Part shown: positions 1 through 13,997 of the stretch, piece by piece
Numbering within the stretch: the stretch's first letter is position 1
Layout of the letters: each line of letters starts with the position of its first letter
Source of the DNA: Chrysomallon squamiferum
Taxonomy: Eukaryota > Animalia > Mollusca
Reading direction: 5' to 3'
Length of the DNA stretch: 64,000 bases
Assembly (NCBI GenBank): GCA_012295275.1
Contig: CM022671.1
Span: 9,362,001 to 9,426,000, forward strand
Translations under genes and position numbers: made by a program
Notes under the pieces: model-generated
The model's database searches: none
What the model saw: the letters and a program-made list of their open reading frames with translations, nothing else
Told to the model about the DNA's origin: nothing

Positions 1-38
1 GCCCATCTGGTTTTCTTGACTTGATCCTTTGATGAGAG
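1..38 (-). CDS. MON2: MON2 exon 15 (partial, runs off the window)
   Basis: aacag|, in phase with exon 14: [13 protein letters not shown]. Confidence 0.7.
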
Positions 39-3000
39 CTGTTACAGTGAAATTGTTTTTACAATAAATAAAAATGTAAAACTTACAAAATATTATTGTC
101 AATAAATGACATTAAATTCTGTATATTTATTTAAATTAGAAGTACTAAATGCAAGATTTACTCACTAACTTAATTAATTAAAACTGGAAAAAATACCATA
201 TATTATCATCAATAAATGAAATTTTTGGCACTTATTTTAATTAGGCGTGTCAAATGAAAAGATAAACTCCTTCAAAAATTCATGAAAAATTTTGTGTATC
301 ACTAATCAAATGTATGGATGATTACAATGACAAATTTTTCAATTTCTTTCAAACAGTACTTTTAATAATTTGTTAAAAAATAAAAATAATAATAAGAAGA
401 AGAATAAAAAATAAGAAAATAAAAAAAAGAAGAATGAAATCTGTTATATAAAGGACAAAAAACCATGTTATTTTATGAAAAGGCAGAAATTTATAAATAT
501 ATAGTAATGAAATTTGATTACTGAATCTGTAAGCTAGACAGATGGAAAGAACTGACATCATGATCCACTTACTTTTTGGACTGGTCGAACCACTGGTGTT
601 GAGAATGGTCAGTGTGTAGTGAGGAGGCAGTGATGCCTTACAAAGGGCAGTGATAAAAGCATCTCGTGGTGTATTCATTCCCAGAATGCCACACAGTGTG
701 GCATATGTCTGCTGTGATTTCAAAATGGACTCTGTCGCACTTTCATCAGTACTTTGAAAACAAATAATTTAAATTTTAAAAAAAATATATATATATATAT
801 ATTTAATGAAAAAAATAAATATTAAAATTTAAAAGTAAAAATAACATAAAATGAAATAAAATAAACAAGACATTCATATAGTGACTGGTCCATAATGAAC
901 ACCAAAAATAAATAAATGTATATTTATTCATCATGAAAATAGCGTTTATAAAAGTTTTGATAAAATCTTTGAGATATCTGGAATTTATTATGAATGATTT
1001 CTGTTAAATATAAACTGAAAACTTACTAACTCAGATCTATAAAGTCACAGAAATTATTAATTGATCAGTTGGTTAATTTTAGTTTTTGTTTTTATTTTAT
1101 TTGTTTTTACTTATTAATATATATTTATTTACTTATTTATTTATTATTACTTTAAATTTTTTAATAATAAAACTTTCCATAATTTCAGTAGGCATAGGTA
1201 TATAAATATGTAGTTTTTTTTTTTTGAAAGCTGTATTAGGTGAGATGAGTCTCTGCTGGAAATGTATTAAACTGTTACCTTGCATCCAACAACAGTGAGA
1301 GGGCAGCAAGCATTCCACACCATGATGAGTTGATGAGCTCTTCTTTCAGTTGATCATCTGCCAAACACACATATTAACAGTTATCTTATTGGTCAATGTA
1401 ATTCAACAATCGAATAAAACATACCGGTTCTTAATAAAAATGTTAATGGTTGTCAAATTAATACATAAAATGTATCATGCTTGACTGTTGATGGCAATTA
1501 TATTGAATAAATTCAATGATAACAGTTTGTACATATGGTACCTAGTAATATATATTAAATGTTAAATATTCTTTGAATATCTTTGTTCAAAGATTAATAT
1601 GTTTTCAAAAATTTCATCTTATTTTCCAGTATTAATTTATTCTTAAATACTGAAAATTCAGTATTGTTAAATATTTCACAGATCTATTCAGTAAATGAAT
1701 AAATTGATGTATAAAAAATATAATGGAACTGGTGTCTATAGAAATACTCATTATTAATTCTGAATGTTAACTCATAGACATAATACAAACTTTGATTATT
1801 TTCTTCACTGGTTGTGTTAGGATCTACTTCTTTTTCTTCTTGATTTGCTTCTTTTGTTTCAAAGTTTTCTCCTTTGATCAGAAGTTCAACACTTTTCACC
1901 ATTTCTAAGAGGCAGTAAAAAGCCAGAGAGACTCCATAACCTTCTGGGATGTTTGGTGGCTCAATCTTATCCAGCTGTTCTAGACTGTGAAAAAATAATA
2001 TTTACACAACATACATAGCAGTATTTTAAAACTGACATTTATGGCTATGAGGTATAAAAATAATAATAAAAATAAAAATAAAATGCTAAAGCTGAATAAT
2101 TACTTGAAGTGGTATTTGAAACAAAAAAATGCAGTTTGTATGATGACTGAGATCAGTCACAAATAAAAATACATTTTTATTGTGTTGTTTCTCTCTATCA
2201 CAAAATGTGTATGTCACTGTATTATAATAATAATATGCAATAATAATAATACCAGTAATAATAATATTAATAGTAATAATAGTGATAGCATTAGTATTAA
2301 TGTGAAAATTCCAACTAACAGATAATATATATTTTCTTTTTTCAATCAATCAAATTAACTATAACTGCTGATATATTTGAATATTCTCATCAAATCTTAG
2401 CTACTTCAGTACGCTGCATTGTAACAATATTAAAATGTAATGTTGGAAGTACATAAAATCTTAAATCCTTAATAAAACTTTTCACTGATAAACACCAACA
2501 TAATTACTGACATAAAATTACATTACAAAATTCTGACCTTCTCTCTTTTTAAAAATTCTTCTTTTAATATCTTTTAATTTCAAAATAACATAGTAATACA
2601 AACTTTCATGACTAAAGATAGAAATCATTGGAAATTATGTTAATAAATTAACACTAATCAGAAAATTCACTTTTTCTTAGCTGAAATTCAGTTTTAAAGA
2701 TTACACTGATTATTAAAAGGATAGTAAATATAAAATTCTACACCTAACACTTACTACACTGGTTTCGTCTGCCCAGGTGGTATAACTGACACTATTGGTA
2801 TCCACACACCTCGATACATGAATGCTGCCTGTGGACTCATCCCTCCCCCTACAGGAAGCCCTGCCACTAATGCAGGAGGCAAACCCTGAGTGTCTGGTAC
2901 TTTGGAACCTGAAGACAGCATTCAGAAAAAAGTATTACGACAAAAAAAAAATCATCGAGGAAGCATTCATAATAATGAACAATTGAAAATATTATAAAAT

Positions 3001-6000
3001 AATGATTAGCTGAGAATATTAATAATTAAAAAAAAGATATACTGAAACTGTAACTGATAAAAACTTTTACATTTTGAAATTTCAAAGTATTGATTTTACA
3101 AGATCAGTAAATTGATACACACTGCTCTGAGCAGCTGGCCCACCTGGGGGGTTCATGAACTGGAACTGGATAAACGACCCCACTCCATTCACCATGTCTC
3201 TGAAGATTTTTGTCGAATGTAACTTCATGTCATAGCTTTGACAGAAATTTCTAGAAATTAACAAAACATAACAGTTAAAACATGGACATAATGTTTCCAT
3301 TCATTCAAAATATTTTTAACCTTTTTTAATATTTTTTTAGTTATATATGTTTAATAAATAATAAATAAATAAATAAATTTAGTATTTAAAGTGAAAAAAG
3401 TGAATTTAAATTTTGTCAAGATTAAAAAATTATTTTTCTTTCTTTCATTTTTCCTTCATTTTTCTCACTGTCTGAAACTTACTTCAAGAGATGTGGTTGC
3501 ATGCTGAGTCTGTAGAGTACCTCCAGAGCCAAACACCTCTGCCATATTGGTTTTTCTGGATCAAGAAACTTCACCAGAAGTGACAAAAATATCTCACATT
3601 CTGTAGTCTGAAAATATCACAATAAAAAAACCCAAAAAAACCATAAAAAATAGAAATAATAAAATAAAGCAAAAAAACAAAATAAAATAAAAATATGAAA
3701 AAAGAAAAAGAAAAAAAAAGAATAAATAAATAAACTTGGAAACCAGCAAAAGAATATTGAAAATAAAAACTGTATATAATTTTATTGCTCAGAAAAATGA
3801 ATCCATTTTACTCATTTTCATACATGATAGGTGGGAAACAAAAATATATTAAAGATAATAAATAAATACATCAAAGACGAGAAAAACAGAAATTAACAAT
3901 TTTATTAAGAAGGTTTTCTTTAACAAATATATCAATAAAAAAATAAAGACATGAACACTTACAAGTAGTGTGTAGTAGTTTCGAATAAGGATGGAAACAA
4001 TTCTCAGCAGTCTCATTACAATAGGGAAAAATGGTTTTTCTACAGGTGCAGGTGAAGGTGCTGGAGGCAAACCTTGGCGGTACTTGAGGCTTGGAGAGAA
4101 CAGCTTGATAACCAAAGGACAAACTTTCTCTTTTAACATAAAACTGAATTCAGGATGCTGAAAAAAGTTTTTTAAAAATAATATTACTTTATTCTATTTT
4201 GCCTAATTAACTACCAAAATGATTAAATTACTTTTTTTTAAAGTAATAAAACATTCAGAAATCTTAAATTTAAATTTAAATTAAAATAATAAATTTAAAT
4301 TAAAAATAGTTATTTGATCAAAAACAAATATTCAGACAAAGATGTAAAAAACTATTATATTCCTCATGAATATATAATAACTAAACAAATATAAACAAAT
4401 ACAAAGACATATAAGAAAACCAGATTATCCAATAAAAAGCTAAACAATTTTTATTCAGGTTTCTGAAGATAATAATTATCATAAATAAAACAATCTGAAA
4501 ACCAACAGATTTCAATGCCAATTCAACAGAAGACAAACAAGTAGATAAACAGTAATTAATAAATAATTTTACTTGAGTAAACACTGATGGATATGAAGTC
4601 AACACTGATTCTAGAAGTTCTAATCCAAATGTTCTGGTCATCTCGGTCATCCCTATCAACCAGAATGGCTGGTCAGCATTAACCAACTGACACAAATCCT
4701 AAAAAAAAGTACATCAAAAATTATTTAACATAGTCAAACTGTACAAGTCAACTGATACGACAACTGTACAGGACAAATATTTTAATGCATTAGCATAACT
4801 TTAATGTAAGGCTATTTCTTCCTACAAATATGTCATAACACTAATACAAGATTATTATTTAAAGTAAAGTTGATGATTTTCTCTCTCAAATTTAGTTTTA
4901 AAATGCACAAAAGAGAAAATTAATACACATATTTTAAATCAATGTTTGTTTTAAATAACAATTAAGAAAAACACTCAAAAAACAGAAAGCTCTACATTTT
5001 AAATTGGGACTCATTTCAAACTGCATTTTGAGGAAACATGCAACCAACTAGGGCTACAGGGAGACAAACTTTCCATATCAAAGAATTTAAAAACAGTAAC
5101 CTGAAACAAAAGGTAGGCATCTCCTGCACAGGGCTGAAGAGATTTTGGTGGAACCTTGCTTCCTGATTTCAATTCAAGTCCATCCATTGCTTCTATTGGT
5201 ACTGTAAAATAATCATCATAATATTGTTATTATAACTGTCACTGTTATTAATATTAAATTCTAATAAAGTTTATTGAAAAAACATTAACTATTTAGTCAG
5301 ATATATTTATGCTGTATATAAAAAAATACAAAAAATTTGTATATGCATTAAACCTAAACTGTTAAAATGCGTAACATGGAATTAAGATAATCTCTTAAAA
5401 AAATAAATATAAAATAAACAAAATCTCTTAAGAAATAATATCCATGATGTGCTTCTGTTAATATATTTCAACTATAATTTGTCAAACATAATGGAAATGA
5501 ATATTAAAAAGTTGCTATGAAAAATCAAAAATCCTCTACTAGTCCCACAAGAAATTCCTGATAGATGCCGATATATATTATATACATATTCCTGTTACAT
5601 ATATATGACTATTAAAACTTGATACTAAAAGAAAAATGAGGTAAATGATCTACAGAGTACTTAGCTACCATTTTTTATTAAAACAACAGAAGAATATGTG
5701 TGTAAAAGACCTCTGTACTAAATGTTTTAAAGTTTCTTAAAGAAGAAAGCTACCTACCATTCGATGGTATTTTGTCTTCACTGATGACCCTGTCAAAGAT
5801 GATGCTCACGAGCTGCTTTATGGCCGCAGCTGCAGTGTTTATTGTTGTGCTGTCTTTTGTGAAATGTAGACGCAAGCACATCACTAGTGCCTGTTGGTAG
5901 ATTAAAAATAATAAAACATCAATTAATAAATGTAATGAAGATACTCTTCCTGATTGTAATTAATATTTTGAAATGTTAAATCAGTGACTTCATTCTTTCT

Positions 6001-8559
6001 GTGCATTAAAAAGAGAATAGTTTATATATACTTGCAGGAAATATAAAAACGATTAAATGAATTAAATACTGTGTATATATTCATATCTAGCTTATGTTTA
6101 TGAACTATACACAAGTCTATCAGACAATATGACATTTTTTTGTATGTGTTTATGAATGTAATGATAATAAAAAAACCTAAACAAATTAATGAACTAATGC
6201 AAAATATAACAAAGAAAATTTAATATCTCACTTAGATTCATTAGTTAAACTTCAGAATATTATCAACTTTCAGAAAGTTCATACCAAGTGAGTGTAAAAA
6301 GGATTTATATTGTTATAAAACATATTATCTTGCCTTGGACAGTGACTCATGCTGAACAACTGAATTGGTTGTAATGAGCAGCATGGCAGTTTGTAACAGC
6401 TTTAGCTCTTCTAAACCAACCTCCATCAAGTGCCACAAAGTTTTGATAATTGCATCAGCAGCAGCCTGAAATATTCACAAAAAACAAAATAACTACAAAA
6501 GACCCTTTACAAAAAACAACAACAAAAAAACATACTATATATTTCAGTTTATTAGATGTCAAACAATTACAATATTTTATAAAATGATAATTGAGACAAA
6601 CAGATAAATGGTCACACTTTGTTTTTACTTGTATTAGCACCAATAAAAACAATGATATATCCTCTGCAGGGCATGCTTTGAACATTCACGTCAGAAATAA
6701 TTTAATTTTAAAAATATATTTACATTTTTGCACTTTAAAAAAAAAAAATGTATTATCATTCTTATGACAGGCTGAAACGTTAAATGCAATTCTGCCTTTC
6801 TACAATTATTATTATATTTCCTAATTCATTTACCTAATAAACATTTGTATTTAAAAAAAAAAGAGAAAAAGAAATAATTTTAAAAAAATACAATGATCTT
6901 AAAAATTATTAATATCCTTAATCATTGACTATTTTCACAATCAAGCCAGTATTTCATACTTACCGTTGAGATTGCTTCATATGAGATAAGTTTTTGGAGA
7001 GAAACTAAACATCCATGTACTAGTTTTGGATTTTTTGTCTCACATCCTAGAATAAATGGTTTAACTACTTCACTGCTGGCTGGAATTAAACCTGATTTAA
7101 AAAAAAAAAGAAAAAAAAAAGTAAAGTTAAAACAAATTATAAAATTAAAAAACAAATATCGTGAAATGAAGAAGCAAACATGTTAATTTAAATATTTAGC
7201 AAAACATATGTGTGTATGTGTGTGTTCTGTGTGTATTCGTCTTTATATTATTTGAACAAACATCTGAGATTAATGATAAATATTCAGTTAGATTAAGAAA
7301 GCAGATCTTTAAAGAGCCAGTTAATATTTAATTTATTAGGTACATAATACATATCCTTATACATTATAATTTTGAAAAACAACAAACACAATAAATACAT
7401 TTTTTTTTACAATTTATAATAAGATATAAATGAGTGAGCATTTTTATTCATTTTACTTTATTCTATATCTGTATTTGATACCTGTAATAACATTTTCATT
7501 CTTGCTGGCAATAGTCCTTAACTTGAGTTGCATCATTTCAGCAGCCTATATAAAATTAAAAAAAACAAAAACATATCCATATAAAATTTCAAATGGATAT
7601 TTTAAATTACTACTACTGCTATTCATAAAACTAATCATAATAGCGTGGTACCTGTCTTGAACAGAAACCTATGGGGTCCAAGCAAACTTGTCCCTACATT
7701 GTTGGCATTCAGAGGGACAAAAAATACAGGTAATTTTTCTGAACATATTTACAATCTTTATTATTTTCCATCACACCAGTATCCACAACAAACATAAATT
7801 GTCATGGCTGGGCATTACCACAGCAAGAATCGTGGTTTTCTCCTAAAATACAATTGCAAATATATTGAATTCATTGATGGATGTAAAGAAAACTTATTCA
7901 GCATTTCATATATAGCCACAATAAGCATAAGGTATATAAAAAAATGTATTGCATTTGAAACCCATGTAGAGCTTCAATTTGTGCCAGTCACACTATCTTC
8001 TTGAACTTAAAAGTCCACTAAAATGAGGTATTTATAAAACATAAATATGCATAGAAATCTGAATCCGTATCACTGACCACTTTAGCAGTAGAATAATAAT
8101 TTTAAAAATGCTGTTCACATTCGTGGTCAGCAGGTGTCCATTGGTCTAAGGGGCTATTTACTGAAAAACAATCAAGACTCAGAAAAGTGTATATACATAG
8201 TAGGTGGCTGCTCATAATAGGAGCCACTATAGACAGACAACAACACCAACAACAATAACTTAGAAAGAAACTGCATGTACCAAGAGGTGGAAAATGTGGG
8301 TTATTTATTTATCTATATTTATTTAATTGAAAGTTGTATATGTTTTAACATATGGATACTTTCTATTAAAAACTGGATACAAAATTTGGTTCCAGAAATA
8401 ATTTCTTTTTATGTCTGACAAAAAAAAAATGGTTTTACTAACCTCTTTTACTTCAGGGTGCTTCCTTTTGGCTTCTGCTGATAATGTTCTTAAATCATTC
8501 TGTATGCTTTCCAATAACTTTTTTGCCAGCTCTGGATTGCTTTTTGCTGCTGTTGCCAT
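1..8559 (-). CDS. MON2: MON2 (regulator of endosome-to-Golgi trafficking, Sec7/ARF-GEF-related), 5' 15 exons; gene continues beyond the left edge
   Basis: Hand-spliced exons 8443-8559, 7482-7545, 6964-7091, 6334-6465, 5758-5890, 5101-5201, 4573-4698, 3963-4157, 3483-3607, 3123-3250, 2755-2908, 1791-1984, 1279-1357, 573-751 and 1-38 join in phase with no stop (1893 nt). The translation has recognisable MON2 motifs: [99 protein letters not shown]. Confidence 0.97.
573..751 (-). CDS. MON2: MON2 exon 14
   Basis: [59 protein letters not shown]|gtaagt. Confidence 0.95.
1279..1357 (-). CDS. MON2: MON2 exon 13
   Basis: [26 protein letters not shown]|gtaaca. Confidence 0.94.
1791..1984 (-). CDS. MON2: MON2 exon 12
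   Basis: [40 protein letters not shown]...ENNQ|gtttgt; 3' boundary chosen to fit phase. Confidence 0.88.
2755..2908 (-). CDS. MON2: MON2 exon 11
   Basis: [50 protein letters not shown]|gtaagt. Confidence 0.93.
3123..3250 (-). CDS. MON2: MON2 exon 10
   Basis: [42 protein letters not shown]|gtgtgt; donor chosen to fit phase. Confidence 0.9.
3483..3607 (-). CDS. MON2: MON2 exon 9
   Basis: [41 protein letters not shown]|gtaagt (phase 2). Confidence 0.95.
3963..4157 (-). CDS. MON2: MON2 exon 8
   Basis: [29 protein letters not shown]...[18 protein letters not shown]|gtaagt. Confidence 0.96.
4573..4698 (-). CDS. MON2: MON2 exon 7
   Basis: [42 protein letters not shown]|gtaaaa. Confidence 0.96.
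5101..5201 (-). CDS. MON2: MON2 exon 6
   Basis: [34 protein letters not shown]|gttact. Confidence 0.92.
5758..5890 (-). CDS. MON2: MON2 exon 5
   Basis: [44 protein letters not shown]|gtaggt. Confidence 0.93.
6334..6465 (-). CDS. MON2: MON2 exon 4 (followed by a GC donor)
   Basis: [44 protein letters not shown]|gcaaga. Confidence 0.92.
6964..7091 (-). CDS. MON2: MON2 exon 3
   Basis: [43 protein letters not shown]|gtaagt. Confidence 0.95.
7482..7545 (-). CDS. MON2: MON2 exon 2
   Basis: tag|[22 protein letters not shown]|gtatca; 64 nt; not in the ORF track. Confidence 0.92.
8443..8559 (-). CDS. MON2: MON2 coding exon 1 (start codon)
   Basis: ATG at 8559; [39 protein letters not shown], then donor GTTAGT. 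Confidence 0.93.
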
Positions 8560-8599
8560 AATCTATCAGTATTCTTTACTTTTTTGCCAAGAAATATAG

Positions 8600-8720
8600 C
8601 CTGTCCCAGTGTGGGTTTAAACCAAATTTTAGTTTAAACAAAAATGTCCGATACGTTGAAAACGAAAGCACTAGAAGTTAGAACTCTTGACTTGCTGTCA
8701 AAATACGGAAGTAACCCGAA
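8600..8720 (-). promoter_or_regulatory. Probable MON2 promoter/5' UTR region
   Basis: Local CpG enrichment and an ETS-type CGGAAGT at 8706-8712, about 150 bp upstream of the ATG; TSS not determinable. Confidence 0.35.
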
Positions 8721-10622
8721 ATTAAATAAAATTAATATAGTTCATTTGAAATTCAAATCATATTACAGGTATAAAGTTCTCGTATAAATAAGTTTATTTT
8801 AATGGAAACCGAAACATGTAAATCAAAAATAAACCAATATTTATGACAAAGTTACACGTCTTAAAGATCCATCACCTGGAGGCTGACATATTGGAGAAAT
8901 AGCGACATCTAACAAGGGAAGTGACTCTGAAATGTTTAATAACGGAAACAAAAACACACTTCCACGAATCCATTCTGTGTTCACCTTGTGTTGATAAAAT
9001 GAATATAGCCAATATGATGGAAGGAATTTTGATTTAAACACATAATTCTAGTTGATATCGTATCTGTATTAGGATAGTGTGGGGTTTTTTATCATTTATT
9101 TATACATTTATTATTTGTTTTTGTTTATTTTGCGTTGGTCTTCCTGGCACTTGAAGTACATTTGTTGGTCTTTTTGTACAAGTCACACCCCTTTATTTAC
9201 GATGTATTAAAAATTAGATAAATAATAATAAATAAGCAAAGCACGGAGTTATAAAATGCTTTTATAATGAACGAGGTATTTTTAACAGAGCAATTATGAT
9301 CGTGTTGGTTGTAGGTCACATTCCAGTTCGTTTGGATATTTTTATCCGGAAACGATTATAAAAAAGAAAATATTTTAATGTACAGTGGTGTTAATACCTG
9401 AAACAGTTGAATCAGTGAATGAGTGGATGAAGGTTAGATAGACAGATGAATGTATGATTGAATTAATGAAAAAAATTATGAAATTTTTATTAATATATAA
9501 TTCGATTCAAAGGTTCTCTATGCATCACAGCATTAATAATTATTCAGTGTTAAATGTATACACTTTTTGCATAACTTAACATAAGAGAGAGAAGAAAAAT
9601 ATAAATATATACTGACCATATATTTGACTACCTTTCCCAAGTTTGATCAAAACACCCAAATCACGACTTTTCTGTAAGGCAGTCGTGTGATACAGGCTGG
9701 AATGGGGAAATACTGCAAAGAGCGCACTGAAGAAACCTGAAAATCACTGATTTGGTATGCTTGATGTAATTTTTAAGGTATTTTCTTAAATAGTTAACAA
9801 TGGCCAATTTGTTGTGACATAATTTTCTTACTAAACAAATAGCCTTTTACAAAGATGGACACACGGACTGGTATTGACAAAGGCAGCATAAATATTGTAG
9901 ATAGCGACACAGACAGTAATATCAGGTTTCTGATGTAATGGTTATATTATTATTGTTGTTGTTGTTAATATAATTAAAAATGTACAAGCAGAGACATATA
10001 CGAATTTTGATAAATGCCAACATTTTAAAAAAATTTCAGAACAGTCTGTATTATATAACATTCTAGCGATGTTATTCCTAAAGGTTAAGGATTTCATTAT
10101 CCCCACATGAGGCTAGGTATTTCTCAGATCAAATAAATATTATTTTATTTTATTGACCTGTAATGCAGACGTACTGACACTAAAGTTTTCTTGTTGCTTT
10201 TTATTTCCCAGAATGCCCCTTGTATCACCTATTTAGGAAACTGATCGTGGTCCGTCTATTACTGAATTATTGGATTTATGAGGAAGTAATCCATTTACCT
10301 AAAAATACGAATTTCTGCTGACATGCACTAAACTGCATTGTTACCATGACATCATTCGAGATACAGTCAGAAGAGACGATAAAAAATTATTTAAAAAAAA
10401 AGAAGTAATAAACAAATATAAATTCAAAAAATTAAAATCTAAGTAATAGCGTACATGTTTTATTATTATTATGTTTTTGTTATTTTTATTTTTATTACTT
10501 TTTTTTAGCATTAAATTAAAATATATAACATCTCCATTTTGAAAAAATTACAAGCTTAATGTGTTCAGTTTAACAGAGATAGAGAGAGAGATAAACGTGT
10601 ACATATATATACATGTGTATTT

Positions 10623-10672
<50 letters not shown>

Positions 10673-11155
10673 TGTTTGTTTATTTGTGTGGATAGGTTGG
10701 TTGCTAGGTGTGTTAAGGGGTATATTTTGAAACAAATAGTTTTTCTCACTTATATCTTAGATTAATTCGTTTTCCTAACAGTAACCATCAAATACATTCC
10801 GAATGAATGCCAAAACTGTCCATTTAATTTTGATAAATTCCTGTCTGGAGTAGTTTCAGTGTGCTATGAATTACAACATCTGCTCAACTTGTTGTTTAAC
10901 ATATGAGTTCTTCGCACGACTTTGTAGATTCGAGAACATAAAACTCAGTGTAAGAGAGTGCTGTGATCTCAAAAGGAACATATACTCTGATGCTGACTGT
11001 CAGGTATTATGTGTCCGGTAAAGGCTGCACGAGTTATTCTCATTAGTACACATATCGTGAAACGTGTGCCAATTTAGAAAGTTCCTGTTGAGAAGAGTAA
11101 TGTGTTATGAGACAGAAAAAAACAATTGAATTTATTAAAGATGTAATATCATAAA

Positions 11156-11192
<37 letters not shown>

Positions 11193-11311
11193 ATATTATT
11201 TCATGCCCGTCAAGAAAAGATGGCAAGGTTAAGTTCAGAGAGAGGTTAAACCTATGAGGTTGAAGATTATTCATAATCATATACTTCAAATCTTACACCT
11301 TTTGTATTCAC

Positions 11312-11411
<100 letters not shown>

Positions 11412-12101
11412 GTTATTTATTTTACTTATTATTCCTAATATGCACATAAATTATTTGAAGTATGCCAGTGACGATATCATGGTTCTGGTGTTAATCCTAG
11501 ATAATATATATGTAATATCGTAATAAGTTATGTTAATAGTATTTAATAAATTACATTATGCAATCCGCCACGGTTTTTGCATACAAATCAATATCCCATA
11601 CTTTTTGTAGGCAACGTTCTTCTTCTTCTTTTTGTTATTATTATTGTTATTTCGTCTTTTTTCTCTCTCTCACATTAGCCGTCGAAGCTTACGATAATGG
11701 TTTATTTCGAAAACATTCGGTTCTCTGTAATAATTCCATCATCCTGAGAAATAAAAATCTCCTAAATAAACTAATTTAATTTACACTTGAGATATAGAAG
11801 AAAGAGAGAAAAGAAAAGAGAAAAGATTTGCGTATTAGATGACATGAACCTTTACGTTAAATTATAGTTCTGTTTGTCGCTGTCACCGGACTAATGGGAT
11901 GAATAGGAAGGAAAACACAAAATGCTGCTATTACAAAATCGTAAGGGGACATGTAAACTGATTTGTTGCAGGATCGAGTGGGCAGTGAGTTCATTAACCT
12001 GTTTCTGCTATGACTGTTTAGATAATGCACAGAGCACTTAACATTGATTTACTTCGTTAACTATCTGTCTGGTTTATATAATTATAGAAGTGACACCAGT
12101 C

Positions 12102-12154
<53 letters not shown>

Positions 12155-13069
12155 ATATATAAGCATAAAAAGTATTTTTGATCTTCTTGACCTACATGTG
12201 GGGCCCTAATGTCGTGGACATCTTATCACAAATATAGGTCAAAAGGTCAAATATATATATTTTTTCTTTTCAGAGTTATGTTTTTGTTTGTTCTTTGTGG
12301 GTTTTTTCTGTATTATCACTATGTCCATCTTTAATGTGTGTGATATTTTGAACCTGCACCTCAATGCAGACAACTTTTGGCAAAGAGCAGACCCAGTGAA
12401 AGTTTGAAAACTGAGCCAGTTAAACATGTTTAATAACAACATTATTTTTTTATGTTTTTAGCAAAACATACATCAAACAGGTATTGAACCCAGGTTTATA
12501 AATTAACAATAAATGCTGCTAAATTGTACAGTTTGTTGATCTAAAATTAAACGGATTAATGTCCGCGAATTATAATTCTTGTTTTTACTGGTTGTTTTTA
12601 TTTATTTATTTATTTGTTAATTTTTAAAAACTGATCTAAAAATGATTATATTTTCGAAACATTCTGACAAAATGTTTAATAACCCTGTCATGTTTTATAT
12701 TTTTAATCTTTAATTTTTTTTTTTTATAATTTTTATGCGTCACGGTTCAGTGGACACAGTATTTTAGTATTTATCTGGTAGTTAGAGGGGTTTTTTTTGT
12801 GGGTTTTTTTCACGTCAAGATGTGTCTGTTGTTTCTGTTGCATGCACAACACACAAAGAGTGATTGTTCTGTTAGCATTTCAGAACTTTCTGTTGCCATG
12901 AAACATTACTCATCTATATACAGACATCTTTTGCAACAGTGCAGATGGATTATAATTTGAAAAAATACGTCGTGTAAAAGCTTAATAGCAACAAAAAAAC
13001 CAAAAAAAATTAAATCATTCTTTTAATAACAATAAAGGTTAGGTAAATGCTTTAAAAAAAAAAAAAAGC

Positions 13070-13139
13070 AGCATTGTCCGGGAATTGAACCCGGGTCACA
13101 GCGTGGTAGGCGAGTATTCTACCACTAGACCACCGATGC
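13070..13139 (-). pseudogene. tRNA-Gly pseudogene (anticodon mutated to ACC)
   Basis: RC = GCATCGGTGGTCTAGTGGTAGAATACTCGCCTACCACGCTGTGACCCGGGTTCAATTCCCGGACAATGCT; broken anticodon stem (1-nt deletion plus substitution) and acceptor-stem mismatches relative to the 32917 copy. Confidence 0.85.
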
Positions 13140-13194
13140 TTCAACTTAATAATCTTCATAATTAATCGCGTCTCTAAGACTAGTACAAGGGGGG

Positions 13195-13229
<35 letters not shown>

Positions 13230-13928
13230 TATGCATAATTATATATTAATATTAATATATCTTCCATTTTCAAAACAGACACTCTAAATTATGTTTCATT
13301 CCATATAATTCTTTGTATGATCGAATATAATTAATTATAAATTTTTAAAATGTGATTTTTGAACATTAGACGCACAATAAAATTTCAGTTCAAATATATT
13401 TAAAACTAAAATAATAATATAACAATAATAAATGCTGCTAAATTATACAGTTTGTTGATCTCGAATTAAACGGATTATGATTCTGTTTTTACTAGTTGTT
13501 CGTTTGTTTGTTTATTTATTTGTTTGTTTCTTTACTTGTTTTTTTTTTTTTTTTTGATAATTTTTAAAAGGTGATCTAAAAAATATAAATTTTTCGAAAC
13601 ATTCTCACAAAATGTTTAATATAACTGTCATATTTTACATTTTATACATAACGGTTCAGTGGACACAGTATTTTACTATTGCTTGTGTGTCTGTTGTTTC
13701 TGTTGTATGCACAACACATAAAGAAAGATATAGGTGTTACCGGTACTGAACGTTCCGTTGTCATGAAACATTACTCACCTATATACAGACATCTTTTGCA
13801 ACAGTGAATATTGGTTATAATTTGAAAAATGCGTCGTGCAAAATTTTAATAGCAACATTAAAAAGAAGTATTTTAAAATCTATTTTGTAATAATAAGCTT
13901 TTACACTCGTAAATGTTTAGCAAAAATG

Positions 13929-13997
13929 TGCATCGACCGGGAATCGAACCCGGGTCACCCGCGTGGCAGGCGTATTCTACCACTAGACCACCGATGC
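13929..13997 (-). pseudogene. tRNA-Gly(GCC) pseudogene with a 2-nt deletion in the anticodon stem
   Basis: RC = GCATCGGTGGTCTAGTGGTAGAATACGCCTGCCACGCGGGTGACCCGGGTTCGATTCCCGGTCGATGCA (69 nt); identical to the 32917 copy except for the deletion; followed by an oligo-T terminator. Confidence 0.8.

Noticed and set aside
7640-8240. Possible old MITE fragments in MON2 intron 1
   Set aside because: Too degenerate to define termini by eye
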